This document shows positions 56,777 to 64,000 of a stretch of DNA of 64,000 nucleotides, piece by piece; within the stretch, counting starts at the first letter, position 1, and each line of letters starts with the position of its first letter. This DNA is from a virus. The stretch is from the IMG/VR virus record IMGVR_UViG_3300005340_000038, positions 1 through 64,000 of that record; one strand, written 5' to 3'. The position numbers were made by a program, and so were the translations under genes. The notes beneath the pieces were generated by a model. The model did no database searches. It was not told the DNA's origin and saw nothing but the letters and a program-made list of their open reading frames with translations.

Positions 56777-57170
56777 TCCATGTTGCCATCATATAGTGCC
56801 CTTATCTCAGGTTGCATCCGTGCTAGGTCGGTTGGCGCTTGCCTAGCACGGTACTCGGTGGGTGGATTGGTTACCCACCCACCGGGGCGCGTATTCATAA
56901 ATCACATTTTTACATTATAGTATAGCGGATTTGTCATTGACTTTCTATATTTTGACTTTTAAATGGTTAAAATAAAGTCACCTTGTCCCTGTAGATTACA
57001 GAATAGACGTGAGATATAGCAGAGATGACGTGATTACGCGCATAGGACACAAATCAGAATAGGGGTATGAGGGGGCAGGCTCTTACATAACGCGCATATA
57101 AGGGGAGGCCAGTCTTTACAGTGATTCGTGTGGCTGGCAGACCCGCGTGGGGCCTGCCCCTTGGGGTGGG

Positions 57171-57860
57171 TTAGTAGCGTTTATTCCCGTGCCGTATCGG
57201 GCGAGACTTGTTGTACTCGTGCTTGGCGACGATGGCTTCGGCGAGGGGGTAGCCGCGTAGTTGGGCTATGGCCATGATGCTTAATGCTAAATTAGCCAAG
57301 TTTGATACAAAATTCGCCCCTCGCCAGTCACCAATATAGCCTGATGTTATCATGCAATGATTGAGACGAATTATTAATGTTGCCTGCACATCAAGATCAT
57401 CCTGATAATCTAGGCTCGGCATATAGACAGGCTCATTTAGAAAATGGAATAAATCTACCGTGTCGGTTAGCCTGCTGTAAGCTTCGATGAATGGGCAGAG
57501 ATCACGCGAGACTAGCTCTTCATCTTCTAAGTTCCTGCCAGCATCCCATCCAAATGTAAGGTTAGCCATTTTTCTACTGAGATCAATGCCGAGATGCGCC
57601 GCCATGTCCATAATGCGGATTATCGTATCCGCTAGCTCTTCGTGTATTCCCTGAAAATCGGGTATATGCTCAGACGGCCCAGGCTTACGTATCGCCTCCA
57701 CTCCCTCGCCTAAACACTCGCTAGCGATCAGCATCAGCAGCCCATAAACCGAACGAGGTTGATCCCACCACCCCTTAGCTTTAGCTAGCTCGTGTACATC
57801 ATGGCTCATACGGTCAAACGCTACGGCGAAATCGACACAGACTTGGAGCAGATCAGTCAT
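57171..57860 (-). CDS. MazG-like NTP pyrophosphohydrolase (apparently duplicated domain)
   Basis: KGWW, E..EAIRK, EELADTIIRIMD, second LANL.L.I repeat, K..YN..RP.RHG. Confidence 0.75.
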   Translation of the reverse strand: MTDLLQVCVDFAVAFDRMSHDVHELAKAKGWWDQPRSVYGLLMLIASECLGEGVEAIRKPGPSEHIPDFQGIHEELADTIIRIMDMAAHLGIDLSRKMANLTFGWDAGRNLEDEELVSRDLCPFIEAYSRLTDTVDLFHFLNEPVYMPSLDYQDDLDVQATLIIRLNHCMITSGYIGDWRGANFVSNLANLALSIMAIAQLRGYPLAEAIVAKHEYNKSRPIRHGNKRY

Positions 57861-57981
57861 TGAGTACCTCCTATTTATAGCAAACTTGACATAAATCTGA
57901 TATTTGACTACTATTCTACACTATCATATAGACTAGATCAATCGTGTATATGCTATTAGTTAACACTAAGGAGGCTCACTT

Positions 57982-58488
57982 ATGTCTCAGTCCGTTCTTG
58001 AAATGGCAAAAGACTTGACCGCAGCGCTTATCAACTCAGGTCAATTGACATGCGATACGATGCCAGGGAGTTTACAATCCACCTACATCATATTGGCCGA
58101 GATCGATTACAGAGAGAAGAACCCCGCACCAAAGGCTGAAGCCGTGGCGCCTCAAGCCTCGGCGCAGAGTTGGCGGCAAAGCATTCATAAGCACACCATT
58201 ACCTGCCTCGTGTGTGGGCAGGACTTTAAACAGCTATCCGTGAGGCACCTAGAGACTCATGGCCTCGATAGCAAGAGTTACCGCGACCAGTTTGGCATCC
58301 CCCGCACGCAACATCTGGCGGCGAGAGCCACGACGCAGAGGCGCCAGGAAGTAGCGCAGGCGATACAGCCCTGGAAGCGAACCCCGAGATACATCCAGTC
58401 CCTCCGTAATAGAGACAACGGCACGGTAGCGGCAGAAGACGAACGTGCTACACCGCGGCGGCGCGGGCGTAAGGCGGTTGCGGTGTAA
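57982..58488 (+). CDS. mucR: MucR/Ros family transcriptional regulator
   Basis: SI....ITCLVCGQ.FKQL..RHL..HGL....YR.QFGIP....LAA. Confidence 0.85.
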   Translation: MSQSVLEMAKDLTAALINSGQLTCDTMPGSLQSTYIILAEIDYREKNPAPKAEAVAPQASAQSWRQSIHKHTITCLVCGQDFKQLSVRHLETHGLDSKSYRDQFGIPRTQHLAARATTQRRQEVAQAIQPWKRTPRYIQSLRNRDNGTVAAEDERATPRRRGRKAVAV

Positions 58489-58518
58489 GTCGTATTGGCA
58501 GAAAGAGCGGAGGTGGAT

Positions 58519-58803
58519 ATGCCTGAGAAGGACGAATTGGTTAATCTCGTTCAAGTCATTAGAGACAATCCCGGATGTATCGCGACTATTGATAATGATT
58601 GTTGGTGGATAAATCCAGCTCCTCCGAAGCCTACAGAAGAAATGGATGATGAGGAATTTGAGCAGTGGCATGGAAACATCATTGCCCATTCTGATGGAAT
58701 AATTCCACTAGGGGATGATGGATATGGCTCTGGCCGATGTTACGGCGGTGATATATTACAAGCCCTGGCAATGATCGTCGGCATTGAAATACGTAGCGTT
58801 TAA
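58519..58803 (+). CDS. Hypothetical protein
   Basis: GGAGG RBS; IDNDCW motif. Confidence 0.5.
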   Translation: MPEKDELVNLVQVIRDNPGCIATIDNDCWWINPAPPKPTEEMDDEEFEQWHGNIIAHSDGIIPLGDDGYGSGRCYGGDILQALAMIVGIEIRSV

Positions 58804-58853
58804 TTACAAACGGGCGTATAATCTGAGTCGGGTTCTGTATGGTTGGCAGGGTT

Positions 58854-58889
58854 AAAACCCCGAGTTGCCGTTTGGTGATTCGGGGTTTT
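58854..58889. terminator. Bidirectional intrinsic terminator
   Basis: AAAACCCCGA...TCGGGGTTTT hairpin between convergent genes. Confidence 0.6.
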
Positions 58890-59018
58890 GTATTGGAGCT
58901 AGTAACGCTTCTGGAAAATGTTTCCTACTAGATCAACAGCGCAAGCTCCTATTATGCCTAGCAGGATCACAGTACCTAGCCAAATCCAGAATGAGCTAAA
59001 AAATGAATTGTAATACGC

Positions 59019-59366
59019 CTAGCATACCTCTCTCCTGATTCCTATCAACTCCTGAGTCACTAGCCGCACGATGTCTCTATGCCCCTGCTCGGCGTCCTCC
59101 CATGTCGAATACCGGCGCGTGTATTGCTCGTCAATCTCGGTGATAAACTCGGCCGCATCTCGCCTATCCTGGTGCCTAAATACGTCAGTGCGGAAGATAT
59201 CAGGCGACACACCGACGAACACGGTACTGACCTCGACCTTGCCGAATATGTAATGCTTGGCGACGATGAGGTGCTTAATGTGCGTCTCGCTGCGCCAGGT
59301 TAGATGGCGATCCATATCCGGCTCTTCTAGCACGGTGCGCCCGTCAGGGGCGAGGATGTAGTACAT
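59019..59366 (-). CDS. Conserved phage hypothetical protein
   Basis: VSTVF.G...RYSTWE.A..GH motif. Confidence 0.55.
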   Translation of the reverse strand: MYYILAPDGRTVLEEPDMDRHLTWRSETHIKHLIVAKHYIFGKVEVSTVFVGVSPDIFRTDVFRHQDRRDAAEFITEIDEQYTRRYSTWEDAEQGHRDIVRLVTQELIGIRREVC

Positions 59367-59663
59367 AGATTGCTCCTATAGGCCAAGCTGATGGCCGCAC
59401 GTCACCCACCACCCATGGAACATGGACTTAAACGCCTCCGTGAAGTCGAGTGACCCATCTTCCCAGGGCGGACATTCCAGTTGTGACGCATCGCGGAGAT
59501 AGGCGTATGCCGAGAGCTGCGGATTGTCGTCTAGGAACCGGGCGAGGATAGCCTTCTGTCGGTCGTCGTAGAACTGCGAGAGTCGCAAGGCGCGGCGAGT
59601 GTCTTCTAGGGTCATGGCGTGGTTCCTTTGTATAGTAGGTACGGATAAAGACATTTATCGGGA

Positions 59664-59984
59664 CTAATTATCGCGTGTGGGTTCTTCCAGATCGTCAATG
59701 AGCCTGATCGTTTCTTCGATGCACTCGATATTGTGAGCATAGTTTTGCTCGATGTCTTCACGCTGTACCATAGCCTCATGGTGGAGTATCGCCCTAGCGG
59801 ACTTGAACGAATCACAGAAGACATGCCCCATCTTGTAGAGCCGCGTATATACGCCGCGTTGGTGGCTAATGCTCTCGACTAGAAATTTCTCATTGTCTTC
59901 ATCGATGACACGGTAAACGCGGACTTGAGGATCGCTACTAAGCAGTATTGGTACATATATGATACGGGCCGTGGATTGGGTCAT
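59664..59984 (-). CDS. Hypothetical protein
   Basis: 106 aa, coupled to repressor stop. Confidence 0.45.
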   Translation of the reverse strand: MTQSTARIIYVPILLSSDPQVRVYRVIDEDNEKFLVESISHQRGVYTRLYKMGHVFCDSFKSARAILHHEAMVQREDIEQNYAHNIECIEETIRLIDDLEEPTRDN

Positions 59985-60223
59985 AGTTTGTTGTCCTTAA
60001 ATTCATCGCTATTCCCAGCCAGATAATCCAGGGAGACATCTAGAGCCTTTGCTATCTGGCATATTATAGAGAACCCTGGGTCTTTTGTCTTCCCTCGCAT
60101 AATAGAGCTTAGACTTGTGCGAGAAATATGGATTTGTGACGCTAAATCCTGTTGCTTGATGCCCTTCTCGAACATAGCTAACCTAATCCTATACCCCAAA
60201 TTGGGGATGCTGTTTTCTGTCAT
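59981..60223 (-). CDS. XRE-family HTH repressor
   Basis: LGYRIR...GIKQQDLA...SRTSLS.I..G...P...I..IAKALDVSLDYL. Confidence 0.85.
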   Translation of the reverse strand: MTENSIPNLGYRIRLAMFEKGIKQQDLASQIHISRTSLSSIMRGKTKDPGFSIICQIAKALDVSLDYLAGNSDEFKDNKL

Positions 60224-60411
60224 TATTCTCTTTCTATGTAACGCCATAGAGCACCAATCTATCACAGGCATGATGATAACAGAAAAATAATGTAATCGCA
60301 ACATATGAGATGCAGGATTTATTTTTGTCTTGTATTCTTGTCCCAATGTGCTATGCTTAGGTCACTCATGGGCAAGAGCGGGATGAGGAAACCAAAAGAG
60401 GAGCTACTCAG

Positions 60412-60627
60412 ATGGCCGACCAAACTCAAAAGACCGACGCGCAGAAGATGTTCGATTCGCGTATGAACGTTGTCCGCAATACGTTAGAAGATATCGCCAT
60501 TGCGCTAGATGCCCTAGAAGAAGAGCAATACGACAACCCGCAGAATTGGGGTATCGTGGCGATGCTGAACCGCCTGCAAGAGAAACTCGCAGAAGTATGC
60601 GATGAGGCTGATGGGTTTCTGGGGTAA
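60412..60627 (+). CDS. Small hypothetical protein
   Basis: GAGGAG RBS; divergent from repressor. Confidence 0.5.
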   Translation: MADQTQKTDAQKMFDSRMNVVRNTLEDIAIALDALEEEQYDNPQNWGIVAMLNRLQEKLAEVCDEADGFLG

Positions 60628-60655
60628 TCATAACGTCAAGATAGGAGACACCACA

Positions 60656-60853
60656 ATGGCACACGCAGCGCACGCAGAACAAAAACTCGACGCGATCATA
60701 GCGAGCCGTAGCGCCGCGCAGCTTAAAGAGATGGCGCGGCTACTCAATACGAACTATGCGACAGATGCCGATATCGTCATGGAGAAAGTGCTAGAGGCAC
60801 TAGAGGGACGGATGGATGAGGCGGCGTATGTAGCGTTCTGTGATGGGCTATAA
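60656..60853 (+). CDS. Small hypothetical protein
   Basis: AGGAG RBS. Confidence 0.5.
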   Translation: MAHAAHAEQKLDAIIASRSAAQLKEMARLLNTNYATDADIVMEKVLEALEGRMDEAAYVAFCDGL

Positions 60854-60891
60854 TTGATCTGGCGCGATAGCAAAACACGGGAGAATGAGCT

Positions 60892-61416
60892 ATGGGTTTA
60901 GACATGTATCTCAATAGAAGAATATTCCTATGGGGCGACGAGAGGAAAAATCTAAAAATAACAGGCTTAAGAAGAGAAATACGGACTGATAAGGTCAGCT
61001 ATATAATTGAGGAGATAGGCTATTGGAGAAAAGCTAATGCTATCCACAAATGGTTTGTCGACAATGTCCAGGGAGGCAATGACGATTGCGAGAGATATAA
61101 CGTATCAGCGAGGGATATGAGAGGACTATTAGAAACTGTAAATAGGGTTTTGGAAAGTTCAGAATTAGTAGATGGTGATGTTCACACTGGCACAAGGTAT
61201 CATGCATCAGGTGAAGTGGAGGAACTTATTGAGAAGGGTAAGATCATAAAAGACCCAACAGTCGCTAAAGTATTGCTACCTAGCTCTAGCGGGTTCTTCT
61301 TCGGTAGCGATGATTATGATGAATATTACTATGAGCAACTTATAAAAACGAAGGAAATTCTAGAGCAGGCGTTGGAAAATGATGAGGATTACTATGAGTA
61401 TCATTCAGACTGGTAG
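60892..61416 (+). CDS. Conserved phage protein (MGLD...YWRKAN family)
   Basis: MGLDMYL, YWRKANAIH.WF, GFFFGS..YDE.Y. Confidence 0.7.
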   Translation: MGLDMYLNRRIFLWGDERKNLKITGLRREIRTDKVSYIIEEIGYWRKANAIHKWFVDNVQGGNDDCERYNVSARDMRGLLETVNRVLESSELVDGDVHTGTRYHASGEVEELIEKGKIIKDPTVAKVLLPSSSGFFFGSDDYDEYYYEQLIKTKEILEQALENDEDYYEYHSDW

Positions 61417-61917
61417 AGACTCACGATATTACCGGATTCAGACTATGGATATACATTATGATAAATAGACATGTTAAGGATATACTAGAATCAAATAATA
61501 CTAGTGAAATTGATAGTATATTACTAGAATATGTTTATACTCATCATAACGTTTCTATGAAAAAAGAGGAGAATAGACGGTACACTTCTTTGGCAAAAGA
61601 TATTAACGATGGTGTTTTGGATGAAATGATTAGGGCAGCGAGAGCAAGAATTAGTGATCTAAAAAGAGAGATACAAGCATTTGCTGATGGACTATAGGAG
61701 ACAACTCATGCGACAACTCACCCTAGACCACCTAAATTGCCTGCCGAATTGGATGTCGGCTGATGATATCGCTAGCCTATTGCGCATCGGCAAGTTACGC
61801 ACCCGTCTCATCATGTGGCGGAATTTCGATGGATGCGAGAGAGTCTCTAGGCCGACATTCGCCAAATGGGTGATGCGGAGTCGGTACTTTCAGCCAATTC
61901 AATACTAAGGAAGCAAA

Positions 61918-62577
61918 ATGAAAGAGTATCATAAAATCCAAACTCTTTGGGCGCGAGAGAGTGCTAAGCCACACAATATGATCCTGGGTGAATTTGCCTT
62001 ACCTGAGTTTGAGGCATTACAAAACATCACATGGGTTGCCACTGAGAAGATTGATGGGACAAATGTCCGCGTATTCTGGGACGGCCATAACGTGTCATTT
62101 GGTGGCAAAACAGACGATGCACAGATGCCTGTATTCCTTTTCGATAGGCTACAGGAGCTATTTGGTGGCGAGGCTAATGCCCAAGTCTTTGAACAGGCAT
62201 TTGGCGAGAGTCAGGTATGTCTTTACGGCGAGGGGTATGGACACAAGATTCAGAAGGTCGGGCATCTCTACGGCGACGTTGACTTTATCCTGTTTGATGT
62301 GCGCGTTGGCGATTGGTGGCTAGAGCGCCGGAACATAGAGGATGTGGCAGGCAAGTTTGATATCGACATTGTACCGATTGTCGAAGAAGGGACATTATAC
62401 GAGCTGAGTGATCTCGTTAAGCACGGGTTCCCGTCAATGTATGGCGACTTGCTCGCAGAGGGAATTGTAGCCAAGCCGAAAGTTGAGTTATTTAATCGCA
62501 AAGGAGAACGGATTATCACAAAGCTGAAACATAGGGATTTTGTTAAGCTGGAACGCCAACAGAAGCATAATGGGTAG
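61918..62577 (+). CDS. RNA ligase (Rnl2-like nucleotidyltransferase)
   Basis: TEKIDGTN (motif I), LYGE, FILFDV, EGIV, KLK. Confidence 0.8.
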   Translation: MKEYHKIQTLWARESAKPHNMILGEFALPEFEALQNITWVATEKIDGTNVRVFWDGHNVSFGGKTDDAQMPVFLFDRLQELFGGEANAQVFEQAFGESQVCLYGEGYGHKIQKVGHLYGDVDFILFDVRVGDWWLERRNIEDVAGKFDIDIVPIVEEGTLYELSDLVKHGFPSMYGDLLAEGIVAKPKVELFNRKGERIITKLKHRDFVKLERQQKHNG

Positions 62578-62784
62578 ATAAGAGGGGCTCTATGCTTTGG
62601 GCTATGATAGTAATAGACATACTACTAATTATGTTGTCTGTGATATTTGGGGTGTTTACCTATTATGAGATAAGATTCCATAGGGCAGTTTGCAGGGTAA
62701 TAGATTCTATCGACGAAATACTAGGTGATATGTATAAAAGCGTAGACAAGATAGAGATGGATGATAAGGGCAAGGAGAATCAAG

Positions 62785-63165
62785 ATGCCTAACCCAACCA
62801 CCGCCCCCGATGCGATGGACGCATGGTTTAGCCACCCGTCAGCCCAACCCAACGCACCCATGCCGCAAACGCGCGGCTGCGATCTCGGTGGCGAGCGGTA
62901 CTTTCGCCCGTACAACCGACGCGAGGTCCGTGATATGCACCTCATGCAGGGCGATAATACCCACGGATGGCGCATCCTCGACACCAACCGCGTGCTGATA
63001 GCCCAGGATGAGCGGAGAGATGGAAGGGGGATGAAGCGTTTGTATAGGTATCCCGCGACTGAGACAAGGAAGCAAAGTTGGAGTATTATGGGGGATGACG
63101 ATAGGCTAATCTCGTGCGTGGCGTGGGATGAGGCGCAGGCGATTGGGTGGTTCGAGAGGGCATAG
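62785..63165 (+). CDS. Hypothetical protein
   Basis: AAGGAG RBS. Confidence 0.45.
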   Translation: MPNPTTAPDAMDAWFSHPSAQPNAPMPQTRGCDLGGERYFRPYNRREVRDMHLMQGDNTHGWRILDTNRVLIAQDERRDGRGMKRLYRYPATETRKQSWSIMGDDDRLISCVAWDEAQAIGWFERA

Positions 63166-63275
63166 GAGAGCGAGCGATGCAAGATGAATACTATGACAAC
63201 CGGCTGGCGATACTGATTGCGGTACTTGTGGTGATTGGGGTAGCGATGATGATCGTTTCGTGGTAGGAGGCAATC

Positions 63276-63500
63276 ATGGCCGTATTTATCGAATTGACGT
63301 TGGCTGAGGACATCGGGCTAATGGATTTTAAGGGCGGATCACCTATCACCGTCAATGCTGAATACGTGATGTATGTGCATATCGACAGCAAGAATAGGAC
63401 GCATGTCACGATGCAGGACGGCTATCTTCTGATCGTGCAGGAGCGATATGACCATGTGTGCCGGTTGGTTTGTGGGGCAGTACAGCATAGAGTGGACTAG
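63276..63500 (+). CDS. FlbD-like small protein
   Basis: FIELT...I.VN...V......T.V.M.DG....V.E pattern. Confidence 0.45.
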   Translation: MAVFIELTLAEDIGLMDFKGGSPITVNAEYVMYVHIDSKNRTHVTMQDGYLLIVQERYDHVCRLVCGAVQHRVD

Positions 63501-63612
63501 GGTGCCAAAATGTTGGCAGGGGTGAGGGCTTTTTTATTTGCCGTGCGTTGGTATTATTTTAGGGCTATAATAGTATTAAGGTCTATGGATAATGCATGGA
63601 TGGGAGGAAGCC

Positions 63613-64000
63613 ATGATCATTGTCTGCGGCGGAACGAAAGGGGGTAGCGGGAAGACAACCGTATGCACGAATCTTGCCGTCATGCGAGCAATTGACGGCA
63701 GAGATGTGCTGCTTGTAGACGCAGATGAACAAGGGAGCAGTACCCTATTCAGCACCCAGAGGAGGCAGGACTATGGGGATAAGGCAGGGTATACGTCCAT
63801 CGTACTGAGTGAAGAGAGGGTACGTACTGAAGTCTTGGCCATGCGTCATAAGTTTGACGACATCTTGATTGACACGGGCGGTAGGGATTCAAAGTCACAG
63901 AGGGCTGCAATTTCGATAGCTGACCTGTTAGTCATTCCGTTCAAGCCGAGTTCACTTGATATATGGACGCTCGAGAATAATCAGAAGGTCATAGACGACA
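63613..64000 (+). CDS. parA: ParA-family ATPase (partial)
   Basis: Hand translation: MIIVCGGTKGGSGKTT...LLVDADEQGS...ILIDTGG; runs off window. Confidence 0.85.
   Translation, partial: MIIVCGGTKGGSGKTTVCTNLAVMRAIDGRDVLLVDADEQGSSTLFSTQRRQDYGDKAGYTSIVLSEERVRTEVLAMRHKFDDILIDTGGRDSKSQRAAISIADLLVIPFKPSSLDIWTLENNQKVIDD

Noticed and set aside
1-64000. tRNA, rRNA, integrase, transposase
   Set aside because: No cloverleaf/T-loop signatures or recombinase/transposase motifs recognised; tRNAscan-SE and HMM searches would be needed to exclude them firmly.

Overview
The whole window is tailed-phage (Caudoviricetes, HK97-fold) DNA, probably temperate or plasmid-like; no host housekeeping genes, rRNA, tRNA, canonical CRISPR array or integrase were seen. 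Left part, minus strand: neck/head genes (tail completion, head closure, connector, two paralogous decoration-like genes, major capsid, prohead protease, portal-MuF fusion, TerL, TerS), a ParB + TET-associated-type glycosyltransferase pair, then about 20 kb of large beta-helix/pectate-lyase/Ig/FN3/LamG proteins, most with signal peptides. Middle, minus strand: helicase-methyltransferase fusion, primase-helicase, a replication initiator with internal iterons, a MepA-like endolysin and many small genes. Right part, mostly plus strand: ParB-like, Gp3-like, VRR-NUC, a sigma54 activator, MazG-like, MucR, RNA ligase and a partial ParA. The most striking element is at 48.6-50.4 kb. A lone 204-aa RAMP/Cas7-like gene (49397-50011) sits inside about 10 non-coding blocks of 11-15 tandem pentamers of form (G)G(C)NN. 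The triplet is conserved, the dinucleotide is variable and the linkers are AT-rich. A 136-nt structured RNA lies just upstream. This looks like a compact phage RNA-guided system with a non-contiguous guide code. All calls are by-eye motif recognition; no searches were run.
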